Assembly (NCBI RefSeq): GCF_025643275.1 | Contig: NZ_CP089977.1 | Span: forward strand, 120,001 to 152,000 | Origin: Moraxella nasicaprae | GTDB taxonomy: Bacteria; Pseudomonadota; Gammaproteobacteria; Pseudomonadales; Moraxellaceae | Reading direction: 5' to 3' | Length of the DNA stretch: 32,000 nt | Shown here: positions 1-9,426 of the stretch, in pieces | How the letters are laid out: every line of letters begins with the position of its first letter | Position numbering within the stretch: position 1 is the stretch's first letter | Program-made: the position numbers and the translations under genes | Notes under the pieces: model-generated | Seen by the model: the letters and a program-made list of their open reading frames with translations, nothing else | Database searches by the model: none | Told to the model about the DNA's origin: nothing

Positions 1-1031
1 CCCAGCAAGCGATGAATGGTCTTAGGCTTGGGCAAGGCAATCTGCACGCCTGCTTTATCCAATGCCTGTTGCAATGACTCACTCATTCTTTGGGCAGCTT
101 TACCTGTTGGTGCAGACAAGACCAAGCGAAAACCTTTTGTATTTTCATTATCTTTAAATTGTCTATACATAGACAATACAATCTGTGCCACCGTAAAAGT
201 CTTACCTGTGCCTGGACCGCCAATAATCAATGCAAACGGCTGCTTGGATACCAGTGCCACTGCCTGCTTTTGGGCAGTATTCATAAAATCAGGCAATCCA
301 TCAATGGCAAAATCCATCACCTGCCCTGATGATATTCGCCAAATGTGGCTAAGCAACCCCTGTTCAGCTTGATAAGCACGATTTAGCCACAGATAAACAC
401 CCTTGTCACGCACGCCATAGATGATGGGTGGGTTGATGTGAAGTTTTGAGGGTAAGTCATGATAATTTTCCTGAGCAAACCACAGATTTTTTTGTAAAAT
501 ATCTAAAAAATCTTGTTTGTTATTGCAGGTATTTAGCAAATAATAGACTCGAAACATCATCAAAAACAAATGCAGCAGCTGCTCTTTATCCACTTGCCGT
601 ATATTGCCGTCAATAGACAATAATAGCGAGCGATATTGACGCAACGCCTCCTGACTCCAATCAGCAAGCACGGCATTATCCACCTGCCGATGTAACAGCT
701 GCTGCATCTGCTCAAACAGCACCATAAAATCTGGCGGATTGGGCAAAAAATCACCCAAAATCGACATCGCAGGGCTAAATAATGCCGTCTGCCAAGCTGG
801 CATTACCGCCAAGAAACGCTCATCGCCCACCAGTTTGTCCGTCATCGCCAAGACCGTATGACCCTCTTGCAAATGCTGATTGAGCAAAATGAACAAAAAT
901 TCGAACAAACTGGCGTCTTTTTTGGATACACAAAATGCCTGATTTAATGCAGATTTTTGTTCATACCACTGGGCGTTTTGTTGTAGTCTTTGTATCAGAT
1001 AGCGACTGGTTGCCGTCTGTATATGATTCAT
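1..1031 (-). CDS. recD: Exodeoxyribonuclease V alpha subunit RecD, N-terminal ~343 codons; the 3' end lies beyond the left edge
   Basis: It is absent from the ORF track because it is truncated by the window edge. Manual minus-strand translation from the ATG (complement of 1029-1031) stays open to base 1. It reads MNHIQTATSRYLIQRLQQNAQWYEQ... then ...QKQAVALVSKQPFALIIGGPGTGKTFTVAQ... (Walker A, complement of ~195-235) and ...LVLSAPTGKAAQRMSESL...TIHRLLG, which is collinear with E. coli RecD as I remember it. It starts 34 nt downstream of the recB stop. Confidence 0.9.
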   Translation of the reverse strand, partial: MNHIQTATSRYLIQRLQQNAQWYEQKSALNQAFCVSKKDASLFEFLFILLNQHLQEGHTVLAMTDKLVGDERFLAVMPAWQTALFSPAMSILGDFLPNPPDFMVLFEQMQQLLHRQVDNAVLADWSQEALRQYRSLLLSIDGNIRQVDKEQLLHLFLMMFRVYYLLNTCNNKQDFLDILQKNLWFAQENYHDLPSKLHINPPIIYGVRDKGVYLWLNRAYQAEQGLLSHIWRISSGQVMDFAIDGLPDFMNTAQKQAVALVSKQPFALIIGGPGTGKTFTVAQIVLSMYRQFKDNENTKGFRLVLSAPTGKAAQRMSESLQQALDKAGVQIALPKPKTIHRLL

Positions 1032-1065
1032 AAATTTCCCATTTTTTTTAATTAGAAATACTTCA

Positions 1066-4000
1066 CTATAAAATCTCATCAAGTGCCAAAATCAGTGGTA
1101 ATGGCGGCTGCCATTTTAACCGCCCCATTTGAGGATTTTCAGGGTCAATGCCTCGCAAAAAGACATACTCTACTGACCCTAAATATCGTGATTCTTGCCC
1201 AGCATAATCAGCAATTTTGAGCTTTAACAAGCGGTGCAATGCCACTTGATAGATGGCGGCTTGCAACCAATAGCCAGACTTATCCATCGCCTTACTCAGG
1301 CTATCCTCATGATAATCACTGGGCAAAACACCAAGATGATTGGATTTATAATCCACCACATAAAACCTACCTTGATGCTCATACACCAAATCAATCTCAC
1401 CACGCAGATAACGATACGCCACACCGCCATCGTCAAGCAAGGACAATGCACGGTCGCTATGCTTAGCAAAGGCTTGATTTAGCTTATCCACCGAAAAATC
1501 ATCATTCATGCCCAAAACAAAGCTCAGCTCTCGTCTTTGTGCCTGCTCATCAATCTGTGCCAGCGACACACCCGAACTGATGAAGTTAGCGTGCATCACC
1601 TGACTTAGCCACGCCACCAGCCGATGATGCTCTGTCTCATCTTGGGATTGTCCCACCAGATAGGCCTGGGCGTGCAGACTGGCATAACGGCTGGGCAATC
1701 CAAGCTGTTTGACAAAATCATCAATCACTCTACTAAGCTCATTACTGCGTTTGGCGTGCTGCAAAACCTTGTGCAAAAAATCCCCTGCAAACCGCCCCTT
1801 GATGAAACTTTGGCGAATCTCATGCGGATTGATGATAAGTGCCTCATTATCCGCCTGACTTAGCACGGATAATTCATCATAGTCTGCCACCACTGCCAAT
1901 TGTTCTTTGTCCAAAGAATTTAGATGTGCTACTAAGGCGGTGAAGCTCGTCTGATATACGCCTGCAAACTTTGTCTGTGGTAACAACTGATGCCAGTCTG
2001 CGTACTTGATTGCCTGTTCATCACCACTCATCTGACCAAAGACATCAGCACATCGTGTACAGGTCGCCAGCTCAATCTGATTGACCGATGACAGTCGTGC
2101 TGGCAGCGTGTAGGCTGCCTGCATGGATTCTAGCCACTGGTTGAGCGGTTTTTTCTCAATATCTTTTTTGTTGTACGCATCATCAGCAACCACAAAAACC
2201 TGCTCAGATGCCCGAGTCAATCCCACATAGCCCAAGCGTCTTAATTCATCAATGCCCTCTTTGCTGTCCAAATCAGCATAATAACTTGCCTGAATTCCCC
2301 TACCAGCATTTGGCGAAATCCGACGATGAAAATGTTCATCGCTATAAGGGTAAAAACCCGTGTTATTTTCACTGGGGGTTTTGTTTAGACCAAGCAAATA
2401 CACGATGGGAAATTCCAAACCTTTGGATTTATGAATACTCATCAGATGTACGCCTGTTTCGCTAGGCAACACCGCTCTTTTGTGTGTCTCGTCTAGCTCT
2501 TCTGGTTTTTGCTGCATCATTTGCTCATACCATGCCAGCAGGCGAGATTCATGCAGATGATTTTGTGTGCCAATCAATTCAATCAACTGCCACAAATCAC
2601 TCAAATACCGTTCGCCAAGCTGTGCTACGGATAATATCAACACATCTTCATGAGATAAATTTTTTAGTAAAATTTCATTTAACGCTGCCGCCAAGCCATT
2701 TTTTTGCCATCTGTCATGAGCTTTTTTAAGATAAGTGATGAGGGTTAGTTTATCCAGTCCGACGGGCAATTCATCACTCATCTGCTCATCATCGTCCACA
2801 CCAAGCAACGCCATCGCTTGCGTTAGTGTCAGACCCATCATTGGCGTTACCAACCATCTGCCCACATAATCGGTGCGGTTTGGCTGCAAAATCGCTAACA
2901 TTAACGCATATAAATCCTTGCCCGCCTGCGTCATAAAGACATTTTCATCTTTGGCATCAATGGCAGGTATGTTTAGTTTTTTTAATTCTTTTTGTAGTTT
3001 TGATAACTCATTATTGGTTTTGGACAGTACCGCCACATCGCTTGGCATGACTCGTCGCCCTGCCAAATAATGCTCGCCTTGCAAAATGGCATTGATGTGT
3101 TGTGCCAATAATTGATATTTCTCTTTTTTGTCTTCATAGGCGATGTGCAGCACCGTCAGCGGACTGTTGCCCACATAATCCACGCCATCATGTTGTTCGT
3201 TTTGTTGCCAAGACAGTCGCTGGGTTTCCTCAAATGCACTGATTGGTCGATAATAAATCTCGCTACCTAGATTGGCATGATTGGCAAATCCTGACGCACC
3301 ATTATCCACAAACCATACATTCAATAATTCAATCAAGGCACGATTGGAGCGGCGGTTGGTGTCCAGCACCAAAGAACGATTTAGCACCGATTGACCACTT
3401 TGTTGTTCGCCATAATATTTGAGCAAATTATAGTTGGCGACATCGCCCCCACGAAAACGATAAATCGCCTGCTTAGGGTCGCCCACCAAAAGCAAAAAAC
3501 CTTTTTGTGGTTTTGGCTGGTCACCACCAATCTCATCAAAGCGTTTCATTTGCAGTTGATAATTAAGCATATCTTTAAGATATACTTGTTCCAATAGCTC
3601 AACTTGCAAACCGTTCACATCTTGGGATTCGTCAATCAATGCCACAGGATAATGATGGCGAATGTGTTTTGCCAAAGCAGGATTGACGGATAAGGCGGTA
3701 TTTAGTCGCACCATTTGCAAGGTAAAAGTTGTCTGCTTTTGGGCTTCTAACACACCAGCCAGACGCTCTTTGATGGTCAAGGCAATCTGATAAGACAGCT
3801 GACGAATATAATGTTCCTGCACCGATAGTAGCATCTGCGGGCAAGCCGCCAAAGTCGCCATCTCTTCTAACAACGCAATCAACCTATCTTTGGCTGATTG
3901 GTCATGCTTTTTATTAAACACATTTTTCCACTCGGCATCAGACCATGACTTAATGTCTGCCAAAAATGCGTGTTGTTGCTTACTTAAATGGGCAACAAAA

Positions 4001-4953
4001 TCAAGCCCATGTTGATTAACCATGTCTAATATGGTCTGCCAAAGTGGCAAATTTTCCTGCAAGCTATTGGCGGTTTTTTTGCTTATGCCAAGAAAGATGT
4101 TATGATTGGCATCATAAAACTCTTGCAAACCATCAAAATCAACACAACCAACATCATGTAGAATATCTTGAATATCCTCCAAAGTAACATCGGCTGGCGA
4201 TACCTCATCAATCGGTGCAGAAAAAAATTGTAGCACCTGATTGATGCGATGCATCATGGTATTGACATCGCCAAACAGATTGGGATACTGCTGCAACAAC
4301 AAACGATACAACAAAGGATTATCCAGCTTTAACTGCACTTCTTTGGCTCGCAGCTCGTCATGAATCATCGCTGCGGTATATCGTGTGGCATCTGGTGAGA
4401 TTTGCACATCGCTATGATGACCGATTTGGGCGGAAAATTCTTTGAGCCATTTTTGGGTCAGGCTATCTAGCGTCCCCACAAACAGCTTATCCAAAGTGGT
4501 TAATAATAGCCCAGTACGGCGAATGGTCTCATCTAGGGTCTTTTCGCCAGATTGTATCAAAAAACTTAATAAATAAAGATGAATTGGATCACTACCATCA
4601 ACACCTGCCATTGATGCCATGTTTTCAATTTGCGGTAATGACTGTGCAAGATTTTTAACATCAAACCACGCTTGATGATGGCTTTGCTGGGATTTTAGCC
4701 AACGAATCAACGCATAAAAATTTTGTAGTCGTTGCAAAATTCTCTCTTGCATTTCTGCGGCGGCAGCTTTGGTAAATGTCGTTGCCACAATGCGTTCAGG
4801 CGAATATTTTTTTTCAATCAGCAGTCTTAAAATAATGCCTGTCAGCGTCCAAGTTTTACCTGTTCCTGCTGATGCCTCAATCAGATACCCGCCTTGCAAA
4901 GAGCAATCCAAAGCTGCAATGCCCGTTGGTGTGTGTGTCTTTTTGTCCATCAT
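1066..4953 (-). CDS. recB: Exodeoxyribonuclease V beta subunit RecB (UvrD-like helicase plus PD-(D/E)XK nuclease), 1295 aa
   Basis: Diagnostic motifs: N-terminal LIEASAGTGKTWT Walker A, LLVGDPKQAIYRFRGGD, SIHKSKGLEFPIV, YVGLTRA, and the C-terminal nuclease motif GEIDLVYEHQGRFYVVDYKSN. The start overlaps the recC stop in an ATGA (4950-4953). Confidence 0.95.
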   Translation of the reverse strand: MMDKKTHTPTGIAALDCSLQGGYLIEASAGTGKTWTLTGIILRLLIEKKYSPERIVATTFTKAAAAEMQERILQRLQNFYALIRWLKSQQSHHQAWFDVKNLAQSLPQIENMASMAGVDGSDPIHLYLLSFLIQSGEKTLDETIRRTGLLLTTLDKLFVGTLDSLTQKWLKEFSAQIGHHSDVQISPDATRYTAAMIHDELRAKEVQLKLDNPLLYRLLLQQYPNLFGDVNTMMHRINQVLQFFSAPIDEVSPADVTLEDIQDILHDVGCVDFDGLQEFYDANHNIFLGISKKTANSLQENLPLWQTILDMVNQHGLDFVAHLSKQQHAFLADIKSWSDAEWKNVFNKKHDQSAKDRLIALLEEMATLAACPQMLLSVQEHYIRQLSYQIALTIKERLAGVLEAQKQTTFTLQMVRLNTALSVNPALAKHIRHHYPVALIDESQDVNGLQVELLEQVYLKDMLNYQLQMKRFDEIGGDQPKPQKGFLLLVGDPKQAIYRFRGGDVANYNLLKYYGEQQSGQSVLNRSLVLDTNRRSNRALIELLNVWFVDNGASGFANHANLGSEIYYRPISAFEETQRLSWQQNEQHDGVDYVGNSPLTVLHIAYEDKKEKYQLLAQHINAILQGEHYLAGRRVMPSDVAVLSKTNNELSKLQKELKKLNIPAIDAKDENVFMTQAGKDLYALMLAILQPNRTDYVGRWLVTPMMGLTLTQAMALLGVDDDEQMSDELPVGLDKLTLITYLKKAHDRWQKNGLAAALNEILLKNLSHEDVLILSVAQLGERYLSDLWQLIELIGTQNHLHESRLLAWYEQMMQQKPEELDETHKRAVLPSETGVHLMSIHKSKGLEFPIVYLLGLNKTPSENNTGFYPYSDEHFHRRISPNAGRGIQASYYADLDSKEGIDELRRLGYVGLTRASEQVFVVADDAYNKKDIEKKPLNQWLESMQAAYTLPARLSSVNQIELATCTRCADVFGQMSGDEQAIKYADWHQLLPQTKFAGVYQTSFTALVAHLNSLDKEQLAVVADYDELSVLSQADNEALIINPHEIRQSFIKGRFAGDFLHKVLQHAKRSNELSRVIDDFVKQLGLPSRYASLHAQAYLVGQSQDETEHHRLVAWLSQVMHANFISSGVSLAQIDEQAQRRELSFVLGMNDDFSVDKLNQAFAKHSDRALSLLDDGGVAYRYLRGEIDLVYEHQGRFYVVDYKSNHLGVLPSDYHEDSLSKAMDKSGYWLQAAIYQVALHRLLKLKIADYAGQESRYLGSVEYVFLRGIDPENPQMGRLKWQPPLPLILALDEIL

Positions 4954-7900
4954 TTTGTCTCCTTATCGTCTTTGATACAATCCAAAGACACCAAAGATTG
5001 TTTAAAATGACTATATAATATTTCAACCAAAATACTGGCTTGCTTCCAAGCAATCAAGGCATCGGTATCGCCCAAAATCAACCGCCAAGAGTCGTGCTGA
5101 CTACAAGAATCATACGCCACGCCTTGATGATTGACCGACAGCCATGCTGAAAATAAACTGCTTACTTTGTTCAGCTGATTTGTTGAATCATCACGAAAAT
5201 AGCCCAATAAATCACTGTCACTGGCAAGTAGCCCAACATAAATCAAAGAGTTTTCCACCGTCATCGGTATTGCCAACTTTCTCATCAAATAAGCCAAGCA
5301 AATAAAATTGTCCAGCAATCGTTTTGCCGTATCGGCAGGTACAGGCGTGAACATGAAAGTTCGATGCTCATCATGCCCTAACGCCTTTAATTCCCTGCTT
5401 TCTCGATGAAAATAACCTATCGTACAGCCTGCATTATTTTGCACCGCCTGTACATCTGTGCCTTTGTCCACCTGCCAAGCCAAATGGCGTATCCACAGCA
5501 TCAAAAGATGCTTTGCCTTAGCAGATTTTGGCAAGACAGACAGCCAAGCATCGGTGTCATCTTTGGGAAGGTTGGCGGTCAGCTGAATCGATTGTCCAAC
5601 CACATCAAGCAAGAGTATGCGTTCATCACAAGCGGTGATGAGCTTGGCATAGTCGGTTGGCGTAGTCATCAGACCAACCACAGATGTCTTGCCACTGTTT
5701 TGCAAAACCTCATAAAAATCATTGGCTTGGCTCATGCTAAATGCCAACTGCTTTTGCAAGCTCGTCCATCTTGACGCACCTGCTGGCAACTGATTGCCAT
5801 AGTTTAATGCCATCAAGCGTTGCCAAGCCTGCTGGTTTTCTGCCGAAATCTGAACATCATTAAGACCCAACTCTTGCTGTTCAAACACAGCAGGGCTAAT
5901 GCCATCAAACACCCCTTGTGCCAAAGCGTCCAAAATGGCGGTTTGCAGCTGATATGCTCCAAGATTATCCAAAATCAATGGTTCATCAAGTTCGTCTTCT
6001 TCCACTTGTTTTGTCAAAAAAATCTTATCAGCAAAAAAAGTCTTGGCAGGCGAGTTGATGTTAAAAATAATGTCATTTAGATGAATAAAAGCAGGTAATT
6101 GGATATGATATTCATGCAGCAGTACCGACAATGCCTGCCCATCATATTGATGTAGATTGTCCGCCATTGCCTCAACAATCTGCTGGTACTGCTCATCACT
6201 TGGTAATGTGACGACCAAGCCCCTACTCTGATAGCGACTGTCTAACACTTGACGAATTTGTTGCCACAAAGGAGCTGGTGGCAAAAATACTCGCCAAGAT
6301 TCGTGAAATTGAGCCAATTTTTCGGACAACGCCTGCCGAACGATTGATTTTAGGTCTTGTGAATGACTCTTATCACTCTGATGAGTGGTTTGATAAAATA
6401 ACGCTTTATCAAAACTGGTCGCCTGATGATGTGTGACCAGATATTTTTCTATCAAATCAGGCATCATCTGAGCGATGGTTTGCCCAATCATTGCCTCATC
6501 TGCACCGATGGCAGACAAGTTAAAATTATCCTGCCAATCCACGCCATTTTTAAAAAATTCTAATAATTCACTGACGGGCGAGGCTGGTAATAATTCGGTT
6601 ACACCATCACTGGCGACGGCAGTATAAAAAATCATACAAGCATCACGACTACACAGTAATGCCTCCAAAAACGCCCCATTGTCATCATCTTCCATCGCAC
6701 GGTCGCCACGACGACGCAAGCCTGCTTTCATCAAGTCCATGCTTGCCCTACTGTCTTGGCGTGGAAAAGTTGCCAAATTCATGTCCAGCATGATTGTCAA
6801 GCCAAAAGGAATGCTACGAAGTGCCCCAAATCTGGCAAAACTAATCACATTGGCAGGTTCGGCACTGACCGCCTGTGCTGCCACTTGATTGGCAATACTT
6901 TCAAGCACAAATCGCAAACTCAGCCTAATTTGCTCATTGCCATGATGTTGGTATAATTTATTTGCTCGAATGCTGGCAGCAATACTGTTTTTGGCATCAA
7001 AAATGGCACGCAGCTCGGGCGTGGACTGCAACCCATCAAAATAACGATTGATGACCTCCTCTTCGATGGCGTACAGCCAATGCTCGATGGTGTCTATTTG
7101 CTCATACTGCCCACGCACTGACGATAATCCTTCATAAATTCGGCACAAAGCCTCAATGATGGGAGCGTCTGCCAACGAAACCGCCTTTAATGACACAACC
7201 GCCTCGCCAAACGCTTGGTTTTTCCATGCAAATGGGTATAACAACGCATTGGGCAATTCGTCTGCTTGCGGTGCTAACAATCCCATCGTCAATCTGTCTA
7301 ACGCATAGCCAAAACTATACCGATAATCCAAATCATCACTATTTAGTGTTTCTGATAAATGCTGAGCATCAAAACCACGCTTAAATCCTGCCTGTGCCAA
7401 TAGTTCACATGCACGATTCATCTGCTCAAAAGTCAGTCCAACACTCTGATATAGCATGGGGTTTAGCAGCCATTCAAACACATCATCTTGATAAAATCGG
7501 TTGCTAGGGTCGCCAAGCAAAGTATAAAATCCCAAAATCGCCTGTAACAACTCATCAATTTTTCGGCTGGTCGCCCCTGTGATTTTGGCGGGCAATACCA
7601 AGCCATCTGCTGCCATGCCATCATGAAACACCAACGAAATCAAGTCCTTAGCTTCGTCAATATCTGGCACATAAATCACCACATCAGACAGTTGTCGCTG
7701 TGAGCCGTCAGCATTGGGCTGATTGAGATAGCGAGCAATCATCACACGAGCAATCTCTAATTGTCGTTTTAGACCATGACAGGCGTGAATGCTGATGCTG
7801 GGTAACTGCTGAGCATGGTGCAGGCTAAATTTACCACGCTGCTTGGTCTTACCCAGCAAATCAATGACAGACCTTCCCAATACTTCATGGGTGGTATTAT

Positions 7901-9149
7901 CATCAAGCATGAGAATATCATTTTTTAGTTGGTTTAATAAATCATCATTGGCATTCATCACAAACTTATCCTGCCAGATGACCTGCCAATCTTTTGGTGT
8001 GTGATAGTTTTCTTTGTTGGTACGATTCAACTGACCCAAAGAATGATTATCTTCATAATAAAACTCACCGCCAGACATATCAGCAAGCATCGCAAAAGTC
8101 TCACGAGACTCTTTGCCAAGTCTTGATAACAATCCATGTCCAGCGTCTTTAAGATAGACTGATTGTGGCTTAATGATTTGCTGAGTGGTAAGCCAATTTT
8201 TATCCACAATATCCGCCCAAAACATCTGTGATGGATTTAAATGAAACAGGTGTACATGAAGATGGGTTGATAATCGCTTTAAAAATTGCAGCTCCACTTG
8301 GGGAATTTGTTGCACCGTGAACAGATACAGCTGTCTGGGCAAGCTATCTTTGACCGCTCGTGCCAATTCATCACCACCCACACCATCTAACACCGCCCAA
8401 AATCGCTCTTCTAAGCTCTCACGGTACGCATAGACCTGCCCGAACAGCTCATGCCACAGCTGTCTAAGCAGAATCTCCAAATTCTCATACTGCTCAATCA
8501 ACCATTCAGGCGTACCATCGGTATCGCCAAATTCTTGCCCAAACCGCTCCTTATCAGCAAGCATCTGCCGCACACTGATAGGCAAATCCAGCCCATATGT
8601 CCATGCGTGCAACCATTCTGGACGATGGGTTAGATATCGCACATAGACAGAGGATAGCTCTTGGCATACCTGCCACAGTCGATGTTCTGGTACACTTTGG
8701 CTTTGTTCTTCATACAAAGAAGTCAATAAACCATGTAAAAAATGTGCTTTATCATTTAAAATATTTAATAAATATTTTTTTGATATTTCAGATAAATAAC
8801 CAAACAATCGCCATCGCATCACTGAGCCAGACAAGACCGCCACTTCTGGAACGGCAAGGGCGGTATTTGGGTGATACTGTGCATCAATGTTAAGAGCGGT
8901 TTGAATCATTTGCCATTGATAACGACCCCAAAACTGAGCGGTAAATAGCGTACTGATGCCCAATTTTCTTGCCACAGATTTATTCAGCCAGTCGCCCAAT
9001 ACCATCGATGGCACAATCACGGTAAATGGCTCAAACACCCATGCTCCCAATGAGGAATGCTGAGCAGAAGAAAATTGTTGTTGATGGTATTGTTTGATAA
9101 GTTCATCTAATAAAACATTGGTGTCGTTTGATTGTATAATCTGAAACAT
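4950..9149 (-). CDS. recC: Exodeoxyribonuclease V gamma subunit RecC, 1399 aa
   Basis: The N-terminus MFQIIQSNDTNVLLDEL resembles E. coli MLRVYHSNRLDVLEAL. Internal blocks ISIHACHGLKRQLEIARVMI, LRSIPFGLTIMLDMNLATFPRQ and RGDRAMEDDDNGAFLEALL match remembered RecC blocks. It lies first in a recC-recB-recD array. Confidence 0.93.
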   Translation of the reverse strand: MFQIIQSNDTNVLLDELIKQYHQQQFSSAQHSSLGAWVFEPFTVIVPSMVLGDWLNKSVARKLGISTLFTAQFWGRYQWQMIQTALNIDAQYHPNTALAVPEVAVLSGSVMRWRLFGYLSEISKKYLLNILNDKAHFLHGLLTSLYEEQSQSVPEHRLWQVCQELSSVYVRYLTHRPEWLHAWTYGLDLPISVRQMLADKERFGQEFGDTDGTPEWLIEQYENLEILLRQLWHELFGQVYAYRESLEERFWAVLDGVGGDELARAVKDSLPRQLYLFTVQQIPQVELQFLKRLSTHLHVHLFHLNPSQMFWADIVDKNWLTTQQIIKPQSVYLKDAGHGLLSRLGKESRETFAMLADMSGGEFYYEDNHSLGQLNRTNKENYHTPKDWQVIWQDKFVMNANDDLLNQLKNDILMLDDNTTHEVLGRSVIDLLGKTKQRGKFSLHHAQQLPSISIHACHGLKRQLEIARVMIARYLNQPNADGSQRQLSDVVIYVPDIDEAKDLISLVFHDGMAADGLVLPAKITGATSRKIDELLQAILGFYTLLGDPSNRFYQDDVFEWLLNPMLYQSVGLTFEQMNRACELLAQAGFKRGFDAQHLSETLNSDDLDYRYSFGYALDRLTMGLLAPQADELPNALLYPFAWKNQAFGEAVVSLKAVSLADAPIIEALCRIYEGLSSVRGQYEQIDTIEHWLYAIEEEVINRYFDGLQSTPELRAIFDAKNSIAASIRANKLYQHHGNEQIRLSLRFVLESIANQVAAQAVSAEPANVISFARFGALRSIPFGLTIMLDMNLATFPRQDSRASMDLMKAGLRRRGDRAMEDDDNGAFLEALLCSRDACMIFYTAVASDGVTELLPASPVSELLEFFKNGVDWQDNFNLSAIGADEAMIGQTIAQMMPDLIEKYLVTHHQATSFDKALFYQTTHQSDKSHSQDLKSIVRQALSEKLAQFHESWRVFLPPAPLWQQIRQVLDSRYQSRGLVVTLPSDEQYQQIVEAMADNLHQYDGQALSVLLHEYHIQLPAFIHLNDIIFNINSPAKTFFADKIFLTKQVEEDELDEPLILDNLGAYQLQTAILDALAQGVFDGISPAVFEQQELGLNDVQISAENQQAWQRLMALNYGNQLPAGASRWTSLQKQLAFSMSQANDFYEVLQNSGKTSVVGLMTTPTDYAKLITACDERILLLDVVGQSIQLTANLPKDDTDAWLSVLPKSAKAKHLLMLWIRHLAWQVDKGTDVQAVQNNAGCTIGYFHRESRELKALGHDEHRTFMFTPVPADTAKRLLDNFICLAYLMRKLAIPMTVENSLIYVGLLASDSDLLGYFRDDSTNQLNKVSSLFSAWLSVNHQGVAYDSCSQHDSWRLILGDTDALIAWKQASILVEILYSHFKQSLVSLDCIKDDKETK

Positions 9150-9253
9150 GGTAGCCGTTTTTTAAGTAGATTGTCTAAGCCATCATTGATTTTTTGCCAA
9201 GCAATGATGATTTTGTGCAAATTGGGGAAAATTATATCAATAATTCTATCGTC

Positions 9254-9268
9254 AAGCGTGATATAATA
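9254..9268 (+). promoter_or_regulatory. Candidate extended -10 promoter (TGaTATAAT) for dnaE
   Basis: The sequence aagcgTGaTATAATagc has a perfect TGnTATAAT at 9259-9267. It lies in the 277-bp divergent recC/dnaE intergenic region, about 160 nt upstream of the dnaE ATG. No convincing -35 element is present. Confidence 0.35.
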
Positions 9269-9426
9269 GCACTTTTATCAGGGTGTGTGAAACTTTTGTC
9301 TGTGGCAACATCTGTGATGCTTGCCCGCCAGTACCGCCATCAAGATTCTGATAACCAGTAAGCTCATCAGGCGTTACCTGCCTAAGTCTTGTTCATCACC
9401 ACAACATTGCAGTAGTAAGGATTGTC

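Noticed and set aside
16-372. Plus-strand ORFs of 118 aa and 79 aa at the left edge, and similar 60-120-aa ORFs such as 5406-5774, 8597-8893, 10779-11075, 13522-13821 and 22804-23118.
   Set aside because: All are antisense or out-of-frame shadows inside strongly supported genes (recD, recC, dnaE, trmJ, porin). None has an independent signal.
3302-3310. Three perfect DnaA-box 9-mers (TTATCCACA) on the plus strand at 3302-3310, 8200-8208 and 20446-20454, plus several 8/9 matches, raising the possibility of an origin or DnaA regulon site.
   Set aside because: They are kilobases apart and all lie inside coding regions (recB, recC, oligopeptidase). There is no cluster, AT-rich unwinding element or nearby intergenic space. 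This is probably a codon or composition effect.
4807-4814. Homopolymer runs of 7-8 nt inside or next to genes, considered as phase-variation switches: T8 at 4807-4814 in recB, T8 at 1042-1049 between recB and recD, and A7 at ~12739 in dnaE.
   Set aside because: Such runs are expected at this AT content and mostly encode Lys-Lys or Phe-Phe in essential genes, where phase variation is implausible. Only the tracts at the porin spacer, the ppk2 tail and the right-edge ORF were kept as low-interest findings.
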